Positions 39,428-51,351 of a stretch of DNA of 64,000 nt are shown here, one piece after another. The position numbers and the translations under genes were made by a program. Numbering within the stretch: the stretch's first letter is position 1; each line of letters begins with the position of its first letter. The stretch comes from Ranitomeya imitator (taxonomy: Eukaryota). Below the pieces are notes generated by a model that saw nothing but the letters and a program-made list of their open reading frames with translations, was not told the DNA's origin and did no database searches. The stretch lies in assembly GCF_032444005.1 (NCBI RefSeq), contig NC_091291.1, positions 131,316,001 to 131,380,000 of the forward strand, in the 5' to 3' direction.

Positions 39428-40446
39428 CTAGATGGTGGCCCGATTCTAACGCATCGGGTATTCTAGAATATGCATATCCATGTAGTATATTGTCCAGCCA
39501 CGTAGTATATTGCCCAGCCACATAGTATATTGCCCAGCCACGTAGTATATTGCCCAGCCACGTAGTATATTGCCCAGCCACGTAGTATATTGCCCAGCCA
39601 CGTAGTATATTGCCCAGCCACGTAGTATATTGCCCAGCCACGTAGTATATTGCCCAGCCACGTAGTATATTGCCCAGCCACATAGTATATTGCCCAGCCA
39701 CGTAGTATATTGCCCAGGCACGTATGTCACAGGTTAAAAAATAAAAAATAAACATATACTCACCTTCCGAGGGAGCCCTTGTAGTCATGTCGCCAGTGTA
39801 TGGTGCACTCGGCAGCTTCCGGCCCCAGGGTTAGTAGTGCAGGACCCGTGATGACGTCGCGGTCACATGACCGTGTTGTCATGGCAGGTTCTTCTCGCGC
39901 AGGCGCTCAGGATCTGTGATGAGGTTGCGGTCACATGACCGTGACGTCATGGCAGGTCCTTGTTGCATAACATCCTGGAGCGGTTACCGGAGCGTCGCAA
40001 AGAGCGGGAAAGGCGGCGGAAGGTGAGTATTTGATGAGTTTTTATTTTTTTTATTATTTTTAACATTAGATCCTTTTACTATTGACGCTGCATAGGCATC
40101 ATCAATAGTAAAAACTTGGTCACACAGGGTTAATAGCGGCGGTAACAGAGTGAGTTACCCGCGGCATAACGCGGTCCGTTACCGCTGGCATTAACCCTGT
40201 GTGAGCGGTGACTGCGGGGAGTATGGAGCGGGCGCCGGGCACTGACTGCAGGGGAGTAGGGAGGGACTAATCGGACTGTGGCCGTTGCTGATTGGTCGCG
40301 GCAGCCATGACAGGCAGCTGGCTAGACCAATCAGCGACTTGGATTCCATGACAGACAGGTCGGGACCAATGAATATCCGTGACAGAAAGAAGGACAGACA
40401 GAAGGACAGAAAGACGGAAGTGACCCTTAGACAATTATATAGTAGA
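39428..40446 (-). mobile_element. Non-autonomous Helitron (1019 bp)
   Basis: On the minus strand it starts A|TCTACTATATAA and ends …CCATCTAG|T, with subterminal hairpin CCCGAT-GCGTTAGA-ATCGGG. Insertion is between A and T with no TSD. Confidence 0.8.
39483..39718. repeat. 20-bp minisatellite inside the Helitron
   Basis: Unit GTAGTATATTGCCCAGCCAC, about 12 copies. Confidence 0.95.
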
Positions 40447-40937
40447 TTTTCCTTCTGGAAATCAGTGGCGTATGAATGGGTGGTCTTCTCACATATATTT
40501 GTGACAAGATCACTTTAACTGGATTTCCCCTTTGTACTAATCAGCTTGCTCTCAGTGCACATCACCAATACACAATGCAAGATGCAGCCGGCTGTGACGC
40601 AATGAAGATGAACTTTAATCAGGATCATCCAGTTCTGTATAGTTGGAGGTATATCGCTGCCCGTTGGACTTTGACGTTGACAGAATTTTGTAGACAGAAT
40701 GAAAACAACAGATAATGATCATCTAGCGGAGATAAAACTCAGGAGCTGTCAACTTCGCCCTAGTTTTCAATGTTTGTACACAAAAATGGTGACAAGTGCG
40801 ATGCCTCATCCCCAACAAGGGGCCAGACATGGCTTAAGAGTAGATCCCCGGTTAGGCGATTGGGTGACTGACAAAAGTAACCCTGAGGTCTGACTGTGCA
40901 CTGACAACCGTAACATTCCTCATTGACAATATCGAAG

Positions 40938-43900
40938 AGCTGTCCGAACCCTCACCCAATGCTGTCCGAACCCTCACACAGAGCTGTCCGAACCCTCACC
41001 CAATGCTGTCCGAACCCTCACCCAGAGCTGTCCGAACCCTCACTCAGAGCTGTCCGAACCCTCACCCAATGCTGTCCGAACCCTCACTCAGAGCTGTCCG
41101 AACCCTCACCCAATGCTGTCCGAACCTTCACTCAGAGCTGTCCGAACCCTCACCCAGAGCTGTCCGAACCCTCACCCAATGCTGTCCGAACCCTCACCCA
41201 GAGCTGTCCGAACCCTCACTCAGAGCTGTCCGAACCCTCACCCAATGCTGTCCGAACCCTCACTCAGAGCTGTCCGAACCCTCACCCAATGCTGTCCGAA
41301 CCTTCACTCAGAGCTGTCCGAACCCTCACCCAGAGCTGTCCGAACCCTCACTCAGAGCTGTCCGAACCCTCACCCAATGCTGTCCGAACCCTCACTCAGA
41401 GTTGTCCGAACCCTCACTCAGAGCTGTCCGAACCCTCACCCAGAGCTGTCCGAACCCTCACTCAGAGCTGTCCGAACCCTCACTCAGAGCTGTCAGAACC
41501 CTCACCCAGTGCTGTCCGAACCCTCACTCAGAGCTGTCAGAACCCTCACTCAGAGCTGTCCGAACCCTCACTCAGAGCTGTCCGAACCCTCACCCAATGC
41601 TGTCCGAACCCTCACTCAGAGCTGTCCGAACCCTCACCCAGAGCTGTCCGAACCCTCACTCAGAGCTGTCCGAACCCTCACCCAATGCTGTCCGAACCCT
41701 CACTCAGAGCTGTCCGAACCCTCACTCAGAGCTGTCCGAACCCTCACCCAGAGCTGTCCGAACCCTCACTCAGAGCTGTCCGAACCCTCACCCAATGCTG
41801 TCCGAACCTTCACTCAGAGCTGTCCGAACCCTCACCCAGAGCTGTCCGAACCCTCACTCAGAGCTGTCCGAACCCTCACCCAATGCTGTCCGAACCCTCA
41901 CTCAGAGTTGTCCGAACCCTCACTCAGAGCTGTCCGAACTCTCACCCAGAGCTGTCCGAACCCTCACTCAGAGCTGTCCGAACCCTCACTCAGAGCTGTC
42001 AGAACCCTCACCCAGTGCTGTCCGAACCCTCACTCAGAGCTGTCAGAACCCTCACTCAGAGCTGTCCGAACCCTCACTCAGAGCTGTCCGAACCCTCACC
42101 CAATGCTGTCCGAACCCTCACTCAGAGCTGTCCGAACCCTCACCCAGAGCTGTCCGAACCCTCACTCAGAGCTGTCCGAACCCTCACCCAATGCTGTCCG
42201 AACCCTCACTCAGAGCTGTCCGAACCCTCACTCAGAGCTGTCCGAACCCTCACCCAGAGCTGTCCGAACCCTCACTCAGAGCTGTCCGAACCCTCACTCA
42301 GAGCTGTCAGAACCCTCACCCAGTGCTGTCCGAACCCTCACTCAGAGCTGTCAGAACCCTCACCCAGAGCTGTCCGAACCCTCACTCAGTGCTGTCCGAA
42401 CCCTCACTCAGAGCTGTCCGAACCCTCACTCAGAGCTGTCAGAACCCTCACCCAGAGCTGTCCGAACCCTCACCCAGAGCTGTCCGAACCCTCGTCCAGT
42501 GCTGTCCGAACCCTCACTCAGTGCTGTCCGAACCCTCACTCAGAGCTGTCCGAACCCTCACTCAGAGCTGTCAGAACCCTCACCCAGAGGTGTCCGAACC
42601 CTCACCCAGAGCTGTCCGAACCCTCGCCCAGTGCTGTCCAGACCCTCGCCCAGTGCTGTCTGAACCCTCGCCCAGTGCTGTTCAAACCCTCACCCAGTGC
42701 TGTCCGAACCCTCACCCAGAGCTGTCCGAACCCTCGTCCAGTGCTGTCCGAACCCTCACTCAGTGCTGTCCGAACCCTCACTCAGAGCTGTCCGGACCCT
42801 CACCCAGAGCTGTCCGAAGCCTCACCCAGTGCTGTCCGAACCCTCGTCCAGTGCTGTCCGAACCTTCGCACAGTGCTTTCCGAACCCTCACCCAGAGCTG
42901 TCCGAAACCTCACCCAGAGCTGTCCGAACCCTCACCCAGAGCTGTCCGAACCCTCGTCCAGTGCTGTCTGAACCCTTGTAGTGCTTTCCGAACCCTCACC
43001 CAGAGCTGTCTGAACCCTCATCCAGTGCTGTCTAAACCTTCGCACAGTGCTTTCCGAACCCTCGTCCAGTGCTGTCTGAACCCTCCTCCAGTGCTTTCCG
43101 AACTCTCACCCAGAGCTGTCTGAACCCTCATCCAGTGCTCTCCGAACCCTCGCCCAGTGCTGTCCGGACCCTCACCCAGAGCTGTCCAAACCCTCGTCCA
43201 GTGCTTTCTAAACTCTCACCAAGAGCTGTCCGAACCCTCACCCAGTGCTGTCCGGACCCTCACCCAGAGCTGTCCAAACCCTCGTCCAGTGCTTTCCAAA
43301 CTCTCACCAAGAGCTGTCCGAACCCTCGCCCAGTGCTGTCCGGACCCTCACCCAGAGCTGTCCAAACCCTCGTCCAGTGCTTTCCAAACTCTCACCAAGA
43401 GCTGCCCGAACCCTGGCCCAGTGCTGTCTGAACCCTGGCCCAGTGCTGTCCGAACCTCACCCAGAGCTGTCCGAACCCTGGCCCAGTGCTGTCTGAACCC
43501 TGGCCCAGTGCTGTCCGAATCTCACCCAGAGCTGTCCGAACCCTGGCCCAGTGCTGTCTGAACCCTGGAACAGTGCTGTTCGAACCCTCACCCAGTGGTG
43601 CCCGAACCCTCGTCCAGTGCTGTCTGAACCTTTGCACAGTGCTTTCCGAACTCTCACCCAGAGCTGTCCGAACCCTCGCCCAGTGCCGCACGAACCCTCA
43701 CCCAGTGCTGTCTGGACCCTTGCCTAGTGCTGTTCGGACCCTCGCCCAGTGCTGTCTGAACCCTTGCAAAGTGCTTTCTGAACCTCACCCAGAGCTGTCC
43801 AAAGCCTCGCCCAGTGCTGTCCGAACCCTCACCCAGTACTGTCCGAAACCTCACCCGGTGCTGTCCGAACCCTCGCCTAGTGCTGTCCGGACCCTCGCCT

Positions 43901-44636
43901 CGCCCAGTGCTGCTCGAACCCTCACCCAGTGCTGTCCGGACCATCGCCCAGTGCTGTCCGAACCCTCACCCAGAGCTGTCCGAACCCTCACCAAGAGCTG
44001 TCTGAACCCTTGCACAGTGCTTTCTGAACTCTCACCCAGAGCTGTCCGAACCATCGCCCAGTGCTGTCCAAACCCTCACCCAGAGCTGTCCGAACCCTCA
44101 CCCAGTGCTGTCCGATCCCTCGCCTAGTGCTGTCCGGACCCTCGCCCAGTGCTGTCCAGACCCTCGCCCAGTTCTGTCCGGACCCTCGCCCAGTGCTGTC
44201 TGAACCCTCGCCCAGTGCTGTTCAAACCCTCACCCAGTGCTTTCCGAACCCTCACCCAAAGCTGTCCGAACCCTCACCAAGAGCTGTCTGAACCCTCACC
44301 CAGTGCTTTCCGGACCCTCACCCAAAGCTGTCCGAACCCTCACCAAGAGCTGTCTGAACCCTCACCCAGAGCTGTCCGAACCCTTGCTCAGTGCTGTCCG
44401 GACTCTCGCCCAGTGCTTTCCGAACCCTCGCCCAGTGCTGTCCGAACCCTCACCCAGTGCTTTCCAAACCCTCGCCCAGTGCTTTCCGAACCCTCGCCCA
44501 GTGCTGTCCGAACCCTCGCCCAGTGCCACACGAACCCTCACCCAGTGCTGTCTGGACCCTCGCCCAGTGCTGTCCGAACCCTCGCCCAGTGATGTCCGAA
44601 CCCTCGCCCAGAGCTGTGCGAATCCTCGCCCAGTGA
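40938..44636. repeat. 22-bp minisatellite (~3.7 kb)
   Basis: Unit GCTGTCCGAACCCTCAC[T/C]CA[GA/AT/GT]. Homogeneous in the 5' part and progressively degenerate in the 3' part. Confidence 0.97.
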
Positions 44637-44702
44637 TCCAGACAGAATGTATCAGAATCTTCTCTAGTAACGTGCTCAATTTTTGCAATATATAGATATA
44701 TT

Positions 44703-44830
44703 ACTGATGAGTGAACATGCTGGGATAAGGTGTTATCTGAGCATGCTCGTTTACTAACCGATTGACTTCGGCGTGCTCGAAAACTATGTTCGAGTCCCTT
44801 GTGCCTGCATGTCTCACGGCTGTTCAGCAA
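44703..44830. mobile_element. hAT-type MITE end fragment; related fragment at ~54672-54790
   Basis: TGATGAGTGAACATGCT…AAGGTGTTATCTGAGCATGCTCG is shared by both sites and resembles the TAGTGATGAGCG hAT ends. Confidence 0.5.
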
Positions 44831-44900
44831 CCACAACACACTGTTTGTTAAACAATCTCTGCATATGTTGCCGCTGTCCTATAAATCAGAACAAGATCAG

Positions 44901-45020
44901 ACTGCAATGGACAGACTGGCCGGCGGCTCTCCCTACCCAAGTGTGACAGCTGCATAGAAATATATGAAGCTGCCACGCTCCGGTGGGGAGAGCCGCCGGC
45001 CAGTCTGTCCATTGCAGTCC
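44901..45020. repeat. Short palindromic element; related copy at ~61125-61230
   Basis: GACTGCAATGGACAGACTGGCCGGCGGCTCTCCC … GGGAGAGCCGCCGGCCAGTCTGTCCATTGCAGTC. Confidence 0.7.
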
Positions 45021-45467
45021 GTTTTATATGACCGTCTGCGCCCTTAGGTCATTTAATCACCGCAATGAACAAGCAAAATACTAGTCCACTGGGCACAAGG
45101 AGTCAATAGGTGGTTACCGGCATGACATGTCTAAACCCAGCATTCATTATAGATAAATCCTTTAATTTTTTGCAAGTTTTTTTTTTTTTTTGTAAGCAGC
45201 ACTATAAAGGACATGTCAGGTGTGGTCTTTTATTTTTTAGGTTTGGCTGCAATGCTTATATGTTGAGGAATGAATTGATGTTTCCATGATTCTTCTTGAT
45301 TGCTGTTCATTTCATATTCTACAAAAAAAAGACGAACAAAAAACAGCAATTCTGACATTATATATTTTTTAATGTATTCATCGAGCGTTGTGAACTGTAA
45401 CGTATGGGTTATACAAATGCGCCGATGCCAAGTATGTATACTGTACAGCTATGAATACATAAAGTAT

Positions 45468-45655
45468 TTTTTGATCAGAGTGTTTTGTTTTTTTTTATTT
45501 GAACTTTTTTTTATGGTTTATTTTTATTTATTTTATTTTTTAATCAGAGTGTTTTTTTTTTATTTGAACATTTTTTTATGGTTTATTTTTATTTATTTTA
45601 TTTTTTTATCAGAGTGTTTTTTTTTTATTTGAACATTTTTTTATGGTTTATTTTG
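45468..45655. repeat. T-rich ~66-bp tandem triplication
   Basis: ATCAGAGTGTTTT…TATTTGAAC…ATGGTTTATTTT occurs three times. Confidence 0.8.
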
Positions 45656-45859
45656 GGTAAAAGTATCACGTGTAGAGTAGGATATTTGTCTTCTGTCTCA
45701 ATCAATCAATGTCAAATAATTAGTGATTTAATAAAAAAAAAATCACGCTACGCTGGAAGCGCCGCCTCCTTGTGGTCACTGCGTATATTACATCACAGCC
45801 CAAATAGTCGTGTGTGTGTCCCATAAGATTACACCACGGACGAAGAGGCGGCACCAATC

Positions 45860-45938
45860 ATTCTGTGAAAGCGTGAAGCCATCGAGATCTCCACTTCACT
45901 CCAGGATTTACCACTGACCGGGGAAGAAATTACTGCAG
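45860..45938 (+). other. Candidate apoa5 non-coding exon 1 (start approximate)
   Basis: Unique sequence with a strong donor CTGCAG|GTAAGA at 45939 upstream of apoa5 exon 2, and CCAAT at ~45854. Inferred from the 4-exon apo gene plan. Confidence 0.4.
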
Positions 45939-47295
45939 GTAAGACTTCCATAAAGTTGCATTATCCTATGTTATTAGCATGCAATAATCATTAACCCATT
46001 ATCTACCAATGTCCTTTTTTTGGGGGGACGCCTAATCTTTAGCTTCCAGCAACTAAGAGTTTTATAATTTTTATAATTAGGTCCAATTTTTTGCGTTGTG
46101 TTTGTAAAACGAATGTTTTCAAAATAGGAAATTACGTCGTTGTCATTCTGAATTGAATATTTTGGACGCCCTTTTTCTGAAAAAATCCGTAAAATGAAAA
46201 TGTCTAATTTGGCAAGTAATGGGTTAATTCAGGGCAAACGTAGCGAATAAAAGTTGCACAGAATGCGTCATAAACTCCATGACTTTAGGAAAAGAAATAA
46301 ACTTTATGCCTTTTTTTTAATCTAATTACTTTAAATATAGCAATTTTTAATACATTTCTTTTTTAATCAATCAAAAAAAAATTCCGTAAGTCTGCGACTT
46401 GTCATGTCGGATTAATTATTGGCTTTTATTGATTATTAAAATATGGAATATTTCTGCACGTTGCAATAAATGATAGAACGGGGCAGTATAATTGTACTTA
46501 TGGGGCCCCAATGTAACATATAGGGCCCCGGCTGCCATGTGCTATATATCATACTGTAGGAAGAGCGCCCCCAAGAGGAGACGAAAGGAAAGGATTATTT
46601 ATGAAAAAAAAACGCCAGATGATTAGTTGAGGTCCATTACTCCTATCAAAGTGAATGCAAAGCACAGAATAATGGGGGTCCCAATAGTCATCATATATAT
46701 TTAGTCTAAATCCCCCTTTATTGTATCTCTGCATCTTACTGAAGCTGAAATAAATTTTTTAACCATTTTGGACAACCGTCCTTTTAAAGTCCTCCACGAT
46801 CAATCATTCCCGATGGCCAAATATCAGATCTCATGGCCCGAATTAGATACGTCTGACGTGATCGGCTGTTGATAGCTGATTATTCGTCACATTGTGCAAG
46901 CGCTCTGCACTTGCTCTTTTCATCGTGCCCTTAGCCTGCCAGGTTAGTCTGGCATTTTGCTAACAGTATGAATGATCGGACGGTAGATTGATCCGCCGCC
47001 TTCTGGACGATGATCATCTGAAGTTTATCATCAGACTGTGACTCCCAATTAGGGCTGGAGACCACTGGTGAGGGAAGAAAGCTCGAAGGCGAAGTTCACA
47101 TATTGCTCTTTTTTTGTGCGGAGAGAATCAGCAGCGACGTCTGCGTGTGTCACCTGTGGATTGTGCTGCAGATTTCACGCTTTCTACTCACAAGAAGGGA
47201 TGTGCCGCTGATCGACAATGATTTTAAGGCCTCATAAAAGATGCAATCAGATGACAAATGTTAGCAGCATCGGATGGGAGCTCTGGGAACTGCCA

Positions 47296-50200
47296 CCCAT
47301 CTGGCGGGCATGGGATACTGACCTGGCCACTACAATTCCACGGGTCCCATCTGACAGGCATGGGTTACTGACCTGGCCACTACAATTCCATGGCACCCAT
47401 CTGACAGGCATGGGATACTGACCTGGCCACTACAATTCCACGGCTCCCATCTGACAGGTATGGGATACTGACCTGGCCACTACAATTCCATGGCACCCAT
47501 CTGACAGGCATGGGATACTGACCTGGCCACTACAATTCCATGGCTCCCATCTGGCGGGCATGGGATACTGACCTGGCCACTGCAATTCCATGGCTCCCAT
47601 CTGGCGGGCATGGGATACTGACCTGGCCACTACAATTCCACGGCTCCCATCTGACAGGTATGGGTTACTGACCTGGCCACTGCAATTCCATGGCTCCCAT
47701 CTGACAGGTATGGGTTACTGACCTGGCCACTGCAATTCCATGGCTCCCATCTGACAGGTATGGGTTACTGACCTGGCCACTACAATTCCATGGCTCCCAT
47801 CTGGCGGGCATGGGTTACTGACCTGGCCACTACAATTCCACGGCTCCCATCTGACAGGTATGGGTTACTGACCTGGCCACTACAATTCCATGGCACCCAT
47901 CTGACAGGCATGGGATACTGACCTGGCCACTACAATTCCACGGCTCCCATCTGACAGGTATGGGTTACTGACCTGGCCACTACAATTCCATGGCACCCAT
48001 CTGACAGGTATGGGTTACTGACCTGGCCACTACAATTCCATGGCACCCATCTGACAGGCATGGGATACTGACCTGGCCACTACAATTCCACGGCTCCCAT
48101 CTGACAGGTATGGGTTACTGACCTGGCCACTACAATTCCACGGGTCCCATCTGACAGGCATGGGTTACTGACCTGGCCACTACAATTCCATGGCACCCAT
48201 CTGACAGGCATGGGATACTGACCTGGCCACTACAATTCCACGGCTCCCATCTGACAGGTATGGGATACTGACCTGGCCACTACAATTCCATGGCACCCAT
48301 CTGACAGGCATGGGATACTGACCTGGCCACTACAATTCCATGGCTCCCATCTGGCGGGCATGGGATACTGACCTGGCCACTGCAATTCCATGGCTCCCAT
48401 CTGGCGGGCATGGGATACTGACCTGGCCACTACAATTCCACGGCTCCCATCTGACAGGTATGGGTTACTGACCTGGCCACTGCAATTCCATGGCTCCCAT
48501 CTGACAGGTATGGGTTACTGACCTGGCCACTGCAATTCCATGGCTCCCATCTGACAGGTATGGGTTACTGACCTGGCCACTACAATTCCATGGCTCCCAT
48601 CTGGCGGGCATGGGTTACTGACCTGGCCACTACAATTCCACGGCTCCCATCTGACAGGTATGGGTTACTGACCTGGCCACTACAATTCCATGGCACCCAT
48701 CTGACAGGCATGGGATACTGACCTGGCCACTACAATTCCACGGCTCCCATCTGACAGGTATGGGTTACTGACCTGGCCACTACAATTCCATGGCACCCAT
48801 CTGACAGGTATGGGTTACTGACCTGGCCACTACAATTCCATGGCACCCATCTGACAGGCATGGGATACTGACCTGGCCACTACAATTCCACGGCTCCCAT
48901 CTGACAGGTATGGGTTACTGACCTGGCCACTAGAATTCCATGGCACCCATCTGACAGGCATGGGATACTGACCTGGCCACTACAATTCCATGGCTCCCAT
49001 CTGGCGGGCATGGGATACTGACCTGGCCACTGCAATTCCATGGCTCCCATCTGGCGGGCATGGGATACTGACCTGGCCACTACAATTCCACGGCTCCCAT
49101 CTGACAGGTATGGGTTACTGACCTGGCCACTGCAATTCCATGGCTCCCATCTGACAGGTATGGGTTACTGACCTGGCCACTGCAATTCCATGGCTCCCAT
49201 CTGACAGGTATGGGTTACTGACCTGGCCACTACAATTCCATGGCTCCCATCTGGCGGGCATGGGTTACTGACCTGGCCACTGCAATTCCACGGCTCCCAT
49301 CTGGCGGGCATGGGATACTGACCTGGCCACTACAATTCCATGGCTCCCATCTGACAGGTATGGGTTACTGACCTGGCCACTGCAATTCCATGGCTCCCAT
49401 CTGGCGGGCATGGGATACTGACCTGGCAACTGCAATTCCATGGCTCCCATCTGGCGGGCATGGGATACTGACCTGGCCACTGCAATTCCATGGCTCCCAT
49501 CTGGCGGGCATGGGATACTGACCTGGCCACTACAATTCCATGGCACCCATCTGGCGGGCATCGGATACTGACCTGGCCACTGCAATTCCATGGCTCCCAT
49601 CTGGCAGGTATGGGATACTGACCTGGCCACTACAATTCCATGGCTCCCATCTGGCGGGCATGGGATACTGACCTGGCCACTACAACTCCATGGCTCCCAT
49701 CTGGCGGGCATGGGATACTGACCTGGCCACTACAATTCCATGGCTCCCATCTGACAGGTATGGGATACTGACCTGGCCACAGCAATTCCATGGCTCCCAT
49801 CTGGCGGGCATCGGATACTGACCTGGCCACTGCAATTCCATGGCTCCCACCTGGCAGGTATGGGATACTGACCTGGCCACTACAATTCCATGGCTCCCAT
49901 CTGGCGGGCATGGGATACTGACCTGGCCACTACAACTCCATGGCTCCCATCTGGCAGGTATGGGATACTGACCTGGCCACAGCAATTCCATGGCTCCCAT
50001 CTGGCGGGCATGGGATACTGACCTGGCCACAGCAATTCCATGGCTCCCATCTGGCGGGCATGGGATACTGACCTGGCCACTGCAATTCCAAGGCACCCAT
50101 CCGGTGGGCATGGGATACTGACCTGGCCACTACAATTCCATGGCTTCCATCTGGCAGGCATGGGATACTGACCTGGCCACTACAATTCCATGGCTTCCAT

Positions 50201-51126
50201 CTGGCAGGCATGGGATACTGACCTGGCCACTACAATTCCATGGCACCCATCTGGTGGGCATGGGATACTGACCTGGCCACTACAATTCCATGGCACCCAT
50301 CTGGCGGGCATAGGATACTGACCTGGCCACTACAATTCCATGACTCCCATTTGGCGGGTATGGGATACTGACCTGGCCACTACAATTCCATGGCTCCCAT
50401 CTGGCGGGCATGGGATACTGACCTGACCACTACAATTCCATGGCTCCCATCTGGCGGGCATGGGATACTGACCTGGCCACTACAATTCCATGGCTCCCAT
50501 CTGGCGGGCATGGGATACTGACCTGACGACTACAATTCCATGGCTCCCATCTGGCGGGCATGGGATACTGACCTGGCCACTACAATTCCATGGCTCCCAT
50601 CTGGCGGGCATGGGATACTGACCTGGCCACTACAATTCCATGGCTCCCATCTGGCGGGCATGGGATACTGACCTGGCCTCTACAATTCCACGGCTCCCAT
50701 CTGGAGGGCATGGGATACTGACCTGGCCACTACAATTCCATGGCTCCCATCTGGCGGGCATGGGATGCTGACCTGGCCACTACAATTCCATGGCTCCCAT
50801 CTGGAGGGCATGGGATACTGACCTGGCCACTACAATTCCATGGCTCCCATCTGGCGGGCATGGGATACTGACCTGGCCTCTACAATTCCACGGCTCCCAT
50901 CTGGAGGGCATGGGATACTGACCTGGCCACTACAATTCCATGGCTCCCATCTGGCGGGCATGGGATACTGACCTGGCCACTACAATTCCATGGCTCCCAT
51001 CTGGCGGGCATGGGATACTGACCTGGCCACTACAATTCCATGGCTCCCATCTGGCGGGCATGGGATACTGACCTGGCCACTACAATTCCATGACTCCCAT
51101 CTGGCGGGTATGGGATACTGACCTGG
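47296..51126. repeat. 50-bp minisatellite (~76 copies, 3.8 kb) just upstream of apoa5 exon 2
   Basis: Unit CTGACCTGGCCACTACAATTCCATGGCTCCCATCTGGCGGGCATGGGATA. The register is kept without visible indels. Confidence 0.97.
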
Positions 51127-51351
51127 ACATTGCAAATCTGTGGCTCCAAAGCGTTGGCCATGGATTACTAACCTAGCTGCATGACTAGGATCCAGCAAAT
51201 GTATTCCCCCTCATTGCTTCCATATTCATGAACATTATACCAAGATATATTTATTTCCTGTATGAACATTATACTAACACTATTCTATCTTTATACAAGG
51301 TTTCTACATTTTGCATTCTTGGAAATTGAGATTTAAGTCGGTGGCTCGCAA

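Noticed and set aside
40923-44695. 682-, 706- and 516-aa ORFs (LSEPS/CPNPH repeats)
   Set aside because: A stop-free 22-bp unit gives the same peptide in all three frames, so this is not a gene.
47296-51126. Regular 50-bp periodicity resembling a CRISPR array
   Set aside because: There are no unique spacers, the units are contiguous near-identical copies, the context is a eukaryotic intron, and no cas genes are present.
36520-51300. Search for APOC3 or APOA1 between the apo genes
   Set aside because: No matching exons were recognised. By synteny they would lie upstream of this window.
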